Part shown: one piece after another, positions 17,678 through 28,412 of the stretch
Numbering within the stretch: the first letter of the stretch is position 1
Layout: the number at the start of each line of letters is the position of its first letter
Assembly (NCBI RefSeq): GCF_000012285.1
Contig: NC_007181.1
Coordinates: forward strand, 300,001 to 332,000
Length of the DNA stretch: 32,000 nt
Direction: 5' to 3'
DNA from: Sulfolobus acidocaldarius DSM 639
GTDB lineage: Archaea > Thermoproteota > Thermoprotei_A > Sulfolobales > Sulfolobaceae
Notes under the pieces: generated by a model
Databases searched by the model: none
Seen by the model: only the letters and a program-made list of their open reading frames with translations
What the model was told of the DNA's origin: nothing
Program-made: the position numbers and the translations under genes

Positions 17678-20026
17678 ATGCAAATAAGTAAGTATGAGGT
17701 CTATTTGGACTTTGATTTTAAGAATTTAAGCTATAGAGGAAAAGAGAAAATATATTGTAGCCTAGATGATGAGCTAGTTCTGGACGCTATAGGGTTTTCT
17801 ATTCACTCAGTCAGGATAAACGGCAAGGAAATTGACTATAATTATGACGGGGAGAAGTTAAGGATAAAGACTGGTAAGTTCGATGGAACAATCGAGGTAG
17901 ACTTCACTGGAAAGGTAAGAGAAAGGGAACTTGTAGGGATTTATAAGGCTCCTTATGATGGTGGAAAGAATTACATTGTTTCCACTCAATTCGAATCAAA
18001 TCATGCTCGAAAGTTTATTCCCTGTGTGGATCATCCCTCCTATAAGGCTGTATTTAAAATACAGGTAAGGGTTGATAAAGATCTAGATGTCATATCGAAC
18101 ATGCCTATTCAGAAGGTCACTGAAGAGGGAGATAAAAAGCTGGTCGAGTTTTACGAGACGCCAAAAATGTCTACATATCTCCTCTACCTAGGAGTGGGTA
18201 AGTTTGAGGAGATTAAAGATGAACTAGACGGTATACAAGTTATTGTAGCTTCAGTTCCAGGAAAAATATCTAAGGGAAGATTCTCCCTGGAAGTAGGAAA
18301 GAAAGTAATTAACTTTTACAACGAATACTTTGGCATAAAATACCAATTACCTAAGGAGCACTTAATTGCAATTCCTGAATTTGCATTTGGAGCTATGGAA
18401 AACTGGGGAGCGATAACATTTAGAGAAACTGCCCTACTAGCTGACGAGAAATCCTCTGTAATTCAGAGGATGAGAGTAGCTGAAGTGGTAGCCCACGAGC
18501 TAGCCCACCAATGGTTCGGCGACTTAGTTACCATGAAGTGGTGGGACGACCTATGGCTAAATGAAAGTTTTGCAACATTCATGAGCTATAAAGCAATTGA
18601 TCACCTATTTCCCAATTGGGACATGTTTGGAGACTTCATACACAGTGAAACGTCAGGGGCAATGCTGAGGGACTCGTTATCAACAACCCATCCAATAGAG
18701 GCTCATGTGAAGAGCCCTGAGGAAATTGAACAGATATTTGACGATATAAGCTATGGAAAGGGAGCCAGTATACTGAGAATGATAGAAGGTTATATGGGCA
18801 AAGAGGCATTCCAGAAGGGAATTCAGAATTATCTTCAAAAATACAAATTCTCTAATGCTGAGGGACAAGACTTTTGGAATAGCCTTCAAGAAGCGTCAGG
18901 TCTACCAATCGCTGATGTCGTAAAAGACTGGATCACTAAGAGAGGCTACCCTGCAGTTAAGGTAGAGGTAGAGGGAACCAAAATAAGATTATACCAGGAG
19001 AGGTTCTCATTAACGCCCCTTAATGAGAATACTACCTATCTCATTCCCCTTACCTTAGAGGTAAATGGTAAAAGAATAACTCAGTTGATGAAAGAGCAGA
19101 GTATGACAATAGATGTTGGAAGTGAGGTGAAATCTCTAAAGGTCAATTTAGATAGGGTTGGTTTCTATCGTGTAGAGTATGATAACCTGGATCTATTCCT
19201 GAACGCTAATCCTAACCATTATGAAAGGTGGGGATTACTTGATGACTACTATAACTTACTACTAGCAGGTAGAATCAGTTATGAAGTTTACGAGAATGCA
19301 GTTAAAGAACTAATGAATGACGACAACTATCTAGTTGTAGATGAAATAAGGGGGCAACTCTTCTTCCTATGGACAGTGAATCCATCTAAATATACGTTAA
19401 TAACTGATTTCCTAGAACTTCAGTTACCAAAATGGAGCAAGAGGACAGATGACCTATCACAGAGAGTTTATGGCAACTTGCTGAGAAGTTTTGCATATGT
19501 GGACGATAGGTTTGCTCAAGGGTTATCGATATCATTCGACAACTATGATAGTTTGAATCCTAATCTAAAGGAGGCTGTTGCTATAGCCTATGCAATAACT
19601 CAAGGTGAAAATGGATATGATGAGCTCCTAAGGAAATACAGAGAGGAGAAATTTGATGAAGAAAAACAAAGGATACTAAATGCAATGCTGAGTTTCAGAG
19701 AACCTTACCTGGTGGTTAACACTTTAAGTTTAGCATTAAACGGGGAAATAAAGAGGCAGGACACAGCAAGAATAATTCCTTTGGCATCTGCAAATCCTTA
19801 TTCCAGATTTGCTGTATGGAGATGGACTAAGACTTATATGGAGTTCTTAAGGAGCATATACGCAGGTACAGGAATACTTGGGAGAAGCTTTAGAGGAGCT
19901 ATTCCATACCTAGGTTTAAACATACCTGAGGTGGAAGAGTACTTCACAAGTAATAAATTCCCTGAAATGGAAGTAGAGATAAAAAGCGCTTTAGAGATCC
20001 TCAAAGCTTTGAAGAGATTAAGTTAA
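17678..20026 (+). CDS. M1 family zinc aminopeptidase
   Basis: GAMENWGAITFRE and VVAHELAHQWFGDLVTMKWWDDLWLNESFATFMSY. Confidence 0.95.
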   Translation: MQISKYEVYLDFDFKNLSYRGKEKIYCSLDDELVLDAIGFSIHSVRINGKEIDYNYDGEKLRIKTGKFDGTIEVDFTGKVRERELVGIYKAPYDGGKNYIVSTQFESNHARKFIPCVDHPSYKAVFKIQVRVDKDLDVISNMPIQKVTEEGDKKLVEFYETPKMSTYLLYLGVGKFEEIKDELDGIQVIVASVPGKISKGRFSLEVGKKVINFYNEYFGIKYQLPKEHLIAIPEFAFGAMENWGAITFRETALLADEKSSVIQRMRVAEVVAHELAHQWFGDLVTMKWWDDLWLNESFATFMSYKAIDHLFPNWDMFGDFIHSETSGAMLRDSLSTTHPIEAHVKSPEEIEQIFDDISYGKGASILRMIEGYMGKEAFQKGIQNYLQKYKFSNAEGQDFWNSLQEASGLPIADVVKDWITKRGYPAVKVEVEGTKIRLYQERFSLTPLNENTTYLIPLTLEVNGKRITQLMKEQSMTIDVGSEVKSLKVNLDRVGFYRVEYDNLDLFLNANPNHYERWGLLDDYYNLLLAGRISYEVYENAVKELMNDDNYLVVDEIRGQLFFLWTVNPSKYTLITDFLELQLPKWSKRTDDLSQRVYGNLLRSFAYVDDRFAQGLSISFDNYDSLNPNLKEAVAIAYAITQGENGYDELLRKYREEKFDEEKQRILNAMLSFREPYLVVNTLSLALNGEIKRQDTARIIPLASANPYSRFAVWRWTKTYMEFLRSIYAGTGILGRSFRGAIPYLGLNIPEVEEYFTSNKFPEMEVEIKSALEILKALKRLS

Positions 20027-22846
20027 AATGATTCCTGGTTTATAAGGTAACGCTATTGATTTTTTACCCTTTATATCTGGAGTTGATGGATCCTTAGAGT
20101 TGTATATGTAAATCTCCTTTACATCAAGTTTATTTAGAAGGAATTGGGCATTAGAGGTCAGAATCTCGCTCTCGTTTATACCAATTTCAGCTAAGTTCTT
20201 TATCTTATCTGGTAAATCTCCAGCTATCTCATAAGCTAACCTAGCCATTTCTCTATCTCCCACCTCTTTTTCGAAGTCAGGTAAGCTCTTCCTCTCCTTA
20301 AGGGATTCGATGGCTTTCCTGATCAGGTCTCTCTGCGTGTTATCCTCATTAACATATATGATTACAGTTTCAGGTTCCTTCGACATCTTTGACTTCATGG
20401 AATTAATCAAATCTATTGTATACCTCAGGTATTCTATCTCGAGAAGAGCTCTCTTGTCATATTGTAGTTCTCCTTTTGACGGGAATCTCTGTCTAACAAC
20501 AAGTGAATTATCTAGCTTGTGCCATAGCTCTTCAGCTAAATGTGGCGTAAATGGAGCCATCAACCTTATCCAGACTGAGATTACATTCTTGATTATATCT
20601 GAATTTATTTTTCCGTTTCCAAGTTCTAAGTAATCTTTCAAATCCTCATATATATCATAATATATGGTCTTGTAAGCTGTCCTCAGGTCGAGATTTGATA
20701 GACAATTATCAATTAAATCGATGTATTCTGAGATAAGTGATGATATCCATAGATCAACCTTTCTTATCTCATTGACAGATTGTAGTTTTATTAAGTTCTC
20801 TATAAAATCATGAATATGCTTCAATTGTTCTCCGATACTCTTAGCTATATTTGGACTAAACTCAATATCATCAGATAAAGAAGATGTGGAAGTTAAGGCA
20901 AGCCTGACTGTATCAACACCGTACTCTCGAATAGCCTTGTTTAGCGGATATACATTTCCAAAGCTCTTACTCATCTTCTTTCCTCCGACCCTTATAAAGC
21001 CGTTAAGGACTATTCTCTTAGGAACTTTATCTTCTCCTAATACGCCAACATGATGGTACAAGTAATATGGAATATGGTTCTGAACCAAGTCCCTTCCACT
21101 ATGTCTTGAGTCCACTGGATACCAATATTCCACTTCCATTCTTAATTCTTCAAGTTGCTCCTTTGGAATTCCTAACTCTCGGGATAACTGAGAGGAATCT
21201 CCCCTACCTAGAACTACGTAATCCCAGAATCTCTCATTAAGTATACTAGTAGGATACGACTTAACCTTATTTGCTACTATATAAAATACTGTGTAAATTG
21301 TAGAGTCACTTAGACTGTCAATTATTTGCCTATCATCCCATGGTAGTCTTACTCCTAAGCCCCTGGATCTTGTAAATGGTCTAGGTTTCATGTTAAATAT
21401 TATCTTACTTATCTCTCTCTTTGCATCCTGAGGTAAAATCTCTATTTTATCTAGACTTTTTAAAACTGATGATTTCCAAGTACTATTAGAATAGTCAATA
21501 AACCATTGGTCATCAAAAACCTTTACGACAACCTCAGCTCCGCACCTACAGTAAACCGGACCATTTATTATTTCGTAAATATTACCATGAACACCTAAAT
21601 TTCTCAAAAGTTCAACAACACTCGACCTCGCTTCTCTCACACTTTTGCCTGCTATTCTCTCGCCTACAAATTGCTTCATATAATCTGGGACCAGATCAAC
21701 AACTTCATCTCTTATTGAGCCCTTATGAAACTCTATGCGATAAAGCGTGTCTATGTAATCTTTTAACTCTTGTGCACTAGTGGTTTGGGCTGTCTCAAGA
21801 ACTTCCATTGCAGGAAAATCGCCGTAGTCCTCAGATTTAATCACAGGAACTATCTCGAAACTTTCCTTTAACTCACTTAAAGCTAAATAATGCAAGGGTT
21901 CATGTGCAGGCACAGCCATTACCACTCCTGTACCTTGTTTAGATTCTACATATTTACTAGGTAGAACTGTCAGCTTCTTGAGTGTTACAGGATTTGTAAC
22001 GTTCAATCCTATTAATTCTCCGCCTTTTTTCCTTTCTTCTTCAGTTAAACTCATCTGAAAGCTTAACTTCTTAAACGCCTCAGTAGACATTACAAGCCTC
22101 TTACCATTTTTATTATCTACAACAATGGAGTAATCACTGTCTGGATTAATTAGTATTGCTACTGCACCGAAGATTGTCTCTGGTCTAGAGGTCGCTGTGA
22201 GGAATAATAATTTTTCACCTTGGAAGTATATTACGTCTAAATCTATTATCTCAGGTTCTATATCCCCTCTAGTATCATGCATACCTACAGGGAACTCATC
22301 CACAGGACAGTAAGCGACAGGTGCCTTTTCCTTTTTTATATATCCTATCTCCTGAAGTCTTTTATATTGCCACTGTACAAAACGCTCAAAAGCTGGGTCT
22401 ATAGTTGTAAACTCTCTTCTTCGATCTATACTTAAGCCCAGTGTTAATGCAGTGTTTCGCATGTCCTCTTTAAAGTACGCAGAAAGGTAAGAGGGGTCAG
22501 AGAACTTAGATATAACCCCAATAGGTATTTGATAAACATTAGTAAAAGTCGAAATTATTTCCTCATCTCCTCTCTTTACCGCATCAGCTATGGACAAAAT
22601 TGGAGTCCCTGTGAATTGGAAGGCGAACGGAAAGAGTACGTTATATCCTTTCATACGTAAATATCTGGCGTAGATGTCAGCTGTAATATACGTGCGACCA
22701 TGACCTATATGTAAGGGACTATTGGTATATGGGAATGCCACCGTGATAAACTTTTTCTCCTTTGTCCTATCAACATCTGCCTCATAAACTCTCTCAGAAT
22801 CCCAAACCTTTTGCCATTTTGATGCTATTTCGTTTAGGAAATCCAC
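20018..22846 (-). CDS. leuS: Leucyl-tRNA synthetase, apparently a divergent paralogue
   Basis: PLHIGHGRTYITADIYARYLRMKGYNVLFPFAFQFTGTPI, CP1 domain, KKMSKSFGN, class Ia anticodon-binding domain. CP1 site reads VPAHEPLH. Confidence 0.92.
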   Translation of the reverse strand: MDFLNEIASKWQKVWDSERVYEADVDRTKEKKFITVAFPYTNSPLHIGHGRTYITADIYARYLRMKGYNVLFPFAFQFTGTPILSIADAVKRGDEEIISTFTNVYQIPIGVISKFSDPSYLSAYFKEDMRNTALTLGLSIDRRREFTTIDPAFERFVQWQYKRLQEIGYIKKEKAPVAYCPVDEFPVGMHDTRGDIEPEIIDLDVIYFQGEKLLFLTATSRPETIFGAVAILINPDSDYSIVVDNKNGKRLVMSTEAFKKLSFQMSLTEEERKKGGELIGLNVTNPVTLKKLTVLPSKYVESKQGTGVVMAVPAHEPLHYLALSELKESFEIVPVIKSEDYGDFPAMEVLETAQTTSAQELKDYIDTLYRIEFHKGSIRDEVVDLVPDYMKQFVGERIAGKSVREARSSVVELLRNLGVHGNIYEIINGPVYCRCGAEVVVKVFDDQWFIDYSNSTWKSSVLKSLDKIEILPQDAKREISKIIFNMKPRPFTRSRGLGVRLPWDDRQIIDSLSDSTIYTVFYIVANKVKSYPTSILNERFWDYVVLGRGDSSQLSRELGIPKEQLEELRMEVEYWYPVDSRHSGRDLVQNHIPYYLYHHVGVLGEDKVPKRIVLNGFIRVGGKKMSKSFGNVYPLNKAIREYGVDTVRLALTSTSSLSDDIEFSPNIAKSIGEQLKHIHDFIENLIKLQSVNEIRKVDLWISSLISEYIDLIDNCLSNLDLRTAYKTIYYDIYEDLKDYLELGNGKINSDIIKNVISVWIRLMAPFTPHLAEELWHKLDNSLVVRQRFPSKGELQYDKRALLEIEYLRYTIDLINSMKSKMSKEPETVIIYVNEDNTQRDLIRKAIESLKERKSLPDFEKEVGDREMARLAYEIAGDLPDKIKNLAEIGINESEILTSNAQFLLNKLDVKEIYIYNSKDPSTPDIKGKKSIALPYKPGIILT

Positions 22847-22872
22847 ATATCTTAATAATTAAAAAGAATATA

Positions 22873-23916
22873 TTAAGGTATAACTTCCGTGGAGTCCATA
22901 ACTGGATCGTACTTTAGATCACTTAGACTTATTACGTTATCTCTTATTAGCTCTTTGATCTCTTCTATTCCAGATAAAGTTAACCTCAGATACTCCTTAG
23001 TAACCTCGTCGACCACCTTGAATCCCTCCTCACCCCAATACTTTTCCTTTACGGCATAAAGGCATCTCCCACCGCAATAACTCTTGAACTCACATGATTT
23101 ACACTCCTCAGGTAATGGCTCATCTAAAAGCCTAAATGATTCCAGAGTTCCTAATTCAGCCCATTTTTCCCTAACAGCAATAGGACAGGATAGGATTCTT
23201 CCGTCTGTGGACACTGAAATGCTCTCATAACCAGCTCCACAGGCAACTCCTCTATATTTCTTAAAGAAATGTGAGCTGATTACTCCAAGGAATGGAACAA
23301 TCTTGACAATTCTTCCTCTCCTTAACTCACTCATGAAGTACTCGTAAAGTCTCCTTAGCCCAGGCAAGTAGGATTTATACGCCCATGTTTCAAAATCCCA
23401 TCTCTCACTCCATATGACATTTAATTGCCAATGGACCTTATCGAAAATTCCTAGGGACAGAAGATGCATGACCTCCTCATAGATATCACTATCCTCAGTA
23501 ACAGCCATCCTCGCAATAGTTTCCACTCCGAACTCCTTAACGTATTTAGCATTCCTAGTTACAACTTTATAAACTCCTCTCCCCCTATGCTTGTCCGTAA
23601 TCTCTTCTCTACCATCTATAGAGAATAGGGCTATATTCATCCTCTTCCAATATTTATCAGGAAGTAGTTTAGCCCCTATTCCATTACTCTGAATTCCCCA
23701 TCTGACAGCTTTTACATTATCCATGACCGACATTATGAATTTAGGGTTTAACAATGGCTCTCCGCCATAAAATATGACAACTGCCTCACTATCTCTTTCA
23801 ATCACATTCTTTAGTTTACTAACGTCATACTTTACTTCCCAAGGCACTGCCTCCTTTGGAAATGAACCGCCACAATAGTCACAGGTTAAATTACACTTCC
23901 CAGTAGTTAGTACCAA
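22873..23916 (-). CDS. Radical SAM/SPASM protein (AF0577-like, putative peptide-modifying)
   Basis: [10 protein letters not shown] (CxxxCxxC), [12 protein letters not shown] and C-terminal SCPIAV...[16 protein letters not shown]. Confidence 0.85.
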   Translation of the reverse strand: MVLTTGKCNLTCDYCGGSFPKEAVPWEVKYDVSKLKNVIERDSEAVVIFYGGEPLLNPKFIMSVMDNVKAVRWGIQSNGIGAKLLPDKYWKRMNIALFSIDGREEITDKHRGRGVYKVVTRNAKYVKEFGVETIARMAVTEDSDIYEEVMHLLSLGIFDKVHWQLNVIWSERWDFETWAYKSYLPGLRRLYEYFMSELRRGRIVKIVPFLGVISSHFFKKYRGVACGAGYESISVSTDGRILSCPIAVREKWAELGTLESFRLLDEPLPEECKSCEFKSYCGGRCLYAVKEKYWGEEGFKVVDEVTKEYLRLTLSGIEEIKELIRDNVISLSDLKYDPVMDSTEVIP

Positions 23917-23927
23917 CCATAGAATTT

Positions 23928-25199
23928 TTACTCACCTAGATGTCTTAGTAAGCTCTTTGTCCACTCTATGCCTTTGTAGTAGTCATTAACTAATATATTT
24001 TCATTAAATGAATGAATGTTTGACGAGTAATTATCAACACCTACACCATCAGCTATTTGGTTAACGTTAAGATATCTAGCAATCATTTCCATAGGACCAG
24101 TACCTGGGCTGTTGGGTAATACAACAGGATCTTCATTGTATACTTCCTTTGCCGAACGTATAAGTGCTCTAGCGATCTCACTGTTAAGGGAGGTTCTATA
24201 TGGTTTCACGGAACCATGTACTATTATTTCAATTTCTGGGTCTGATATGTACCTTTTAAGTGAGCTTAGAATTTCCTGGGGATCTTGGTTGGGAACTAAC
24301 CTAAAATCTAATTTCACAAAGGCTAGGGAAGGGATTACGGTCTTTGAGCCTTCTCCAGTGTAACCGGAGTAAATTCCGTCGATATTGCATGTGGGTTCTT
24401 CGACCAGCTTTATCATTGAATTCCCTGGCACGTTCTGTTCAATAGCTTTAGCCAAGTACTCATCAGGAGTACGCAGATACTTCTTCTCTTCTTCACTGAG
24501 CCATACAACTTTATCATAAAAATTGGGAATCAGCACTTTACCTTTCTCATCCCTTAATTTGTTTAATAAGTAAACTAAGTCCCATGCAGGATTACGAGCA
24601 ATTGGTCCATACATTGAATGTAAATCTTTGGGTGTTTTCTTTCTAAGCTCTACATACAATAATCCTTTAACACCTAAAACGATCTCTGGGCGTCCCTCTG
24701 GAGATTTACCTGCACCTTCCCACAGAACATAATCTGCACTTAACATTTTAGAGTAATCCTTAAGGAAATCCTCCATATTGGGGCTTCCTATCTCTTCTTC
24801 CCCCTCATAAAACAACTTAACGTTTACCTTCAACTTGTTTTCTCTTAAGAGTTCTATAATTGCCTGTAGTCTTGCCATTAGAGTTCCTTTATCATCGCCT
24901 ACTCCTCTAGCAAATATTTTACCGTCCTTAATTACCGGGTTAAATGGATCAGAATTCCATTTCTCTAATGGTTCCACTGGTTGAACGTCATAGTGGTTAT
25001 ATATGAGGAGTGTTTTCTTGGAACCTACATTGACTTCGCCATAAACATAAGGATTCTTAGCCTTATGTCTAATAATTTTAGCCTCTATTCCATTATCCTT
25101 CAAGTAATCGACTAAAAATTTAGCACCTTCTTCTCCTCTACCTTTAGCTGATGTTGTGTCTATTTTTAGGAATTCGAACAAATCTTTTATGTAATCCAC
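23928..25199 (-). CDS. M20 family metallopeptidase (dipeptidase/ArgE-DapE-like)
   Basis: [38 protein letters not shown]. Confidence 0.92.
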   Translation of the reverse strand: MDYIKDLFEFLKIDTTSAKGRGEEGAKFLVDYLKDNGIEAKIIRHKAKNPYVYGEVNVGSKKTLLIYNHYDVQPVEPLEKWNSDPFNPVIKDGKIFARGVGDDKGTLMARLQAIIELLRENKLKVNVKLFYEGEEEIGSPNMEDFLKDYSKMLSADYVLWEGAGKSPEGRPEIVLGVKGLLYVELRKKTPKDLHSMYGPIARNPAWDLVYLLNKLRDEKGKVLIPNFYDKVVWLSEEEKKYLRTPDEYLAKAIEQNVPGNSMIKLVEEPTCNIDGIYSGYTGEGSKTVIPSLAFVKLDFRLVPNQDPQEILSSLKRYISDPEIEIIVHGSVKPYRTSLNSEIARALIRSAKEVYNEDPVVLPNSPGTGPMEMIARYLNVNQIADGVGVDNYSSNIHSFNENILVNDYYKGIEWTKSLLRHLGE

Positions 25200-25231
25200 G
25201 CTTTTATTTAGCTGTTTGAGTAAATTAAATT

Positions 25232-25546
25232 ATGCTTAAGTACTACGAGTATACGAGACACACATTATGTGAACCCCTCCTAACAATTAACATTTATAAA
25301 AAAGTTGAGGATGGAAAAGTTATAGCACTGACCAGAATTTCAGTTTATAAAAATACTTCCATCGTAACTTATGAGACAGACAAGTTAGACGGAGCAGAAA
25401 TTTTAGAGTTAATACCGACAGCTATAGATTCATTAATAAAAACTATTAAGAAATATTACGACTCTAAGTTTGATGATATAACGGTTTTCGGTGAGAGACA
25501 GCTAGTTGACTCATTCCTAGACAAGTTCTATGAGGAGGAAGAGTGA
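25232..25546 (+). CDS. Uncharacterised 104-aa protein
   Basis: Complete ORF in an otherwise empty interval with an acidic C-terminus. No family recognised. Confidence 0.5.
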   Translation: MLKYYEYTRHTLCEPLLTINIYKKVEDGKVIALTRISVYKNTSIVTYETDKLDGAEILELIPTAIDSLIKTIKKYYDSKFDDITVFGERQLVDSFLDKFYEEEE

Positions 25547-25552
25547 GCTTTT

Positions 25553-25610
25553 CCAGGTGATGATAAAAAAGTACACGGATTTCATGACGAACCATTCATG
25601 CACTGATCAT
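25553..25610 (+). ncRNA. Box C/D guide sRNA candidate B
   Basis: C box GTGATGA 25557-25563, 12-nt guide, degenerate D' CGGA 25576-25579, 4-nt spacer, C' ATGACGA 25584-25590, 12-nt guide accattcatgca, D CTGA 25603-25606. Confidence 0.85.
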
Positions 25611-26065
25611 GAGTTAAGAACCTTGAGAATCAGCTCGTACATCTCCTTGTCATTGCTTTCTATTTTTTTCAAGCTCCAAGGCTTCAAATTTTTACTCTTA
25701 ACTCCTCTCACAACAGACCGTATCCACGATTCATATACCTTACTTCCTCCATGTCTTCCATAAAAATCTACCAGTATTTTAACAACATCTTCCTCACTCA
25801 AACCCTTTACATTTACTAAGTACCTGCTTGCCACGTAGAGTATAAATCTCTTCCTAGCGTCAGGTAGACCTTTCTCAAGAATTTTGTCTATCCAATCGTA
25901 ATTTACTTTTCTAGGTATTGGCGGAAAAGAACCCTCAACCTGGAATATGAACTCCCCTTTTTCATTATATATCTTAGAAACTCTACCATCAAACTCTATG
26001 TATCCAGCTGGCGTATCGTCAGGATAGTGTAAAATTATTCTCTTTCTTTTTCTATTTTCTTCCAT
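25607..26065 (-). CDS. priX: PriX-like primase accessory subunit
   Basis: 152 aa with the helical block LPDARKRFILYVASRYLVNVKGLSEEDVVKILVDFYGRHGG...W. Size and block resemble the Sulfolobales third primase subunit. Confidence 0.6.
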   Translation of the reverse strand: MEENRKRKRIILHYPDDTPAGYIEFDGRVSKIYNEKGEFIFQVEGSFPPIPRKVNYDWIDKILEKGLPDARKRFILYVASRYLVNVKGLSEEDVVKILVDFYGRHGGSKVYESWIRSVVRGVKSKNLKPWSLKKIESNDKEMYELILKVLNS

Positions 26066-26071
26066 TCCATA

Positions 26072-27019
26072 TTACCTACTGACGCTCGTTAGTTTCATCT
26101 TAGTAGCACAAAATGAACATATTTCTCTATCTTTAGTGGTGGGTCTTCCACAGATCTTACACTTACTCACTTCCTCAACTTTGGAGTATATAACTTCTAG
26201 GGGCTCTTGTATCTTGTCCGTGAAGTTTTGAACTAATAACAACATGAAACCAGGGATCTCGTCCTCCATTTCTTCTAATTTCCTCCTGATCTTGTCTTGT
26301 GTAGCCCCGCCTACCCTAAAAGTATGAGGACAGGAGTCATATATGAAGGGTATATTGTTTAGTATTGCGTATGTTAATATTTCTTTCTCGTAGATAAGGA
26401 AAAGAGGTTTAACCTTCTTCACTTTATACCCTCTGGTAGGAGGTAGAACAGGCTTTAGCCTAGATAAATTATTTACATCTCCACTGAAATATCCCGAGAG
26501 GACAAATTGTGCCATATCATTAAGATTATGCCCAGTAACCACAGTATCTAATCCCTCCTCCTCAGCTATTTCCTCCATAGAATATCTCTTTACCAAGCCA
26601 CAGGTACTGCATATAGGTCTTCTAATCTTAAATTTTGCCTCGTCTATAGTGAAACCATATTTTTCCTTAACATTTATTAATTTGTACTTCACTCCTAACA
26701 TCTGAAAGTTTTTCAGTGCAAATTCTAAGCTCTTATCTGAGTACCCCTTTCCCATATCTATACCTAAATGAATATGAATTCCGACGATCTCAAACCCTCT
26801 TTTTTGAGCCAACTTATTCATTAGATGTAGAAGTGTAGTACTATCTTTCCCACCAGAGACTGCTACTCCAATCCTATCCGACCCATCAAACATCTTATAT
26901 TTCTCAACTACTCGCTCAAATCTATTCTCTAACCATTCTGTAAAGTGCCTCGCACATAAGGATATGTTAGCGTAAGGTATTTTTATTACTGCCTCATCAT
27001 CACATTTACCGCATTTCAC
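26072..27019 (-). CDS. TtcA/TtuA/Ncs6-type ATP pyrophosphatase (tRNA 2-thiolation)
   Basis: N-terminal C-x2-C plus C...H, PP-loop [38 protein letters not shown]-terminal CKICGRPT...CSFC. Confidence 0.88.
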   Translation of the reverse strand: MKCGKCDDEAVIKIPYANISLCARHFTEWLENRFERVVEKYKMFDGSDRIGVAVSGGKDSTTLLHLMNKLAQKRGFEIVGIHIHLGIDMGKGYSDKSLEFALKNFQMLGVKYKLINVKEKYGFTIDEAKFKIRRPICSTCGLVKRYSMEEIAEEEGLDTVVTGHNLNDMAQFVLSGYFSGDVNNLSRLKPVLPPTRGYKVKKVKPLFLIYEKEILTYAILNNIPFIYDSCPHTFRVGGATQDKIRRKLEEMEDEIPGFMLLLVQNFTDKIQEPLEVIYSKVEEVSKCKICGRPTTKDREICSFCATKMKLTSVSR

Positions 27020-27074
27020 GTTATTATAGTGGAAACAGAAAAATTTAAACTAGACTATATGTGATGTAAAACTA

Positions 27075-27767
27075 ATGCAAGTATTGGCTGAGATACATGG
27101 AAAGACAAAGAAGGAGAAACTACTGAAGACACTAATGAAGTTAGAGGAGTATGACGGATTTAACATACCCGACTCTCCATTAGGATATCCGTCAGTGATG
27201 CCTTCAGTAATTGCCACAGTCGTGAGGAACTTATATGGAAATAACAAGAGAGTAATTATAAATCAAAGACTAGCTGACGTAAATGAACTATTTATTGCTT
27301 CACTATCCTTAACCTCAAAGCTTGTAGAGTTTGATGTAACTTTCACCTTTGGAGACAAACCTAAAGTCGGCAGAGAGGTAGGTTATATGACAAGTGAGGA
27401 CGCAATCGCTCTCCTCAAGAAATATAGCCCTCTCACTAAAGCAGGAATGATAATAAGTCTAAGGAAAAGTAAAGAAGAGATAGATAAAAGACTGAAAAAT
27501 AATGACGCTGATTTCTATTTAGTATTAAGACTTGAGGATCCGAACCAAATAGCTAGAATTGATACGTCAAAACTAATACCATACATTATTGTTGAAACAG
27601 AGAGTAATAAACAAGTTACTGCACAATTGGAGCAACCTACATTTAATGTAGAGAGAGCAATAGAGTTAATATCAGTTCTAGGAAAGCTAGGTGTCCAAGC
27701 AGTGTTAATATCGACCTTGGGAGACGTTGATGGACTAGTGAGAGTAATTAAACGCATCAGGACATAG
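27075..27767 (+). CDS. Methylenetetrahydrofolate reductase-like TIM-barrel protein
   Basis: FNIPDSPLGYPSVMPSVIA resembles the MTHFR-family substrate loop. The assignment is weak. Confidence 0.4.
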   Translation: MQVLAEIHGKTKKEKLLKTLMKLEEYDGFNIPDSPLGYPSVMPSVIATVVRNLYGNNKRVIINQRLADVNELFIASLSLTSKLVEFDVTFTFGDKPKVGREVGYMTSEDAIALLKKYSPLTKAGMIISLRKSKEEIDKRLKNNDADFYLVLRLEDPNQIARIDTSKLIPYIIVETESNKQVTAQLEQPTFNVERAIELISVLGKLGVQAVLISTLGDVDGLVRVIKRIRT

Positions 27768-28412
27768 CTGAATATCCTTAATGTACCATATCTTATTGTC
27801 TATAAGTTTAAGTAACTTTATTGTAACTTCAACTCCTTCTTCGACTGCGTTCTTGAATGCCATTGAAAATTTCTTGTCAGTCTTCCAATTCGGAGAAAAA
27901 CAGATAGCGTCGTCTCTCATGACCAGGATCAAGATCAACGATCTATAACCTTGCATTTTTAGCTTTATCAGTTCTTCTAAATGCCTTTTACCTCTCTCAG
28001 TAGGCGCATCAGGAAATAGTGCTTTACCGTCAACCACTAAACTACAGCCCTTCACCTCAACAAATGTGTTATCGTAATAGAAATCTAACCTTGAGTTATT
28101 CACCTTGACCTCTGATTTGACGTCAGAGGGAAGAAAATTTCTCGCTATTTTATTATGAATGGAACTATCTGTTACAACCCATCCTGTACCAGAGTGGGCA
28201 GCTAGAACCATATAGTTAGTTTTCCTTCCTTTATGCTCTCTTATCAAAATCCTATTGCCTGGGTATATCAATTCCTTGAGTCTTCCTGGGTCGTGTAAGT
28301 GGCACAATTTTCCGGACTGCGTTATAACAACAAATCTATTTATCCGTTCTTTAACAATATCTTCAAATAATGGAGTGTCGAAATCATAAACAACAAATGA
28401 TGAAGTGGTCAT
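27735..28412 (-). CDS. sfsA: SfsA family protein
   Basis: RINRFVVIT...CHLHDPGRLKELIYPGNRILI...FVEVKGCSLVVDGKALFPDAPTERGKRHLEEL. Internal Met at 28412 preferred over the track start at 28478. Confidence 0.9.
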   Translation of the reverse strand: MTTSSFVVYDFDTPLFEDIVKERINRFVVITQSGKLCHLHDPGRLKELIYPGNRILIREHKGRKTNYMVLAAHSGTGWVVTDSSIHNKIARNFLPSDVKSEVKVNNSRLDFYYDNTFVEVKGCSLVVDGKALFPDAPTERGKRHLEELIKLKMQGYRSLILILVMRDDAICFSPNWKTDKKFSMAFKNAVEEGVEVTIKLLKLIDNKIWYIKDIQLCPDAFNYSH

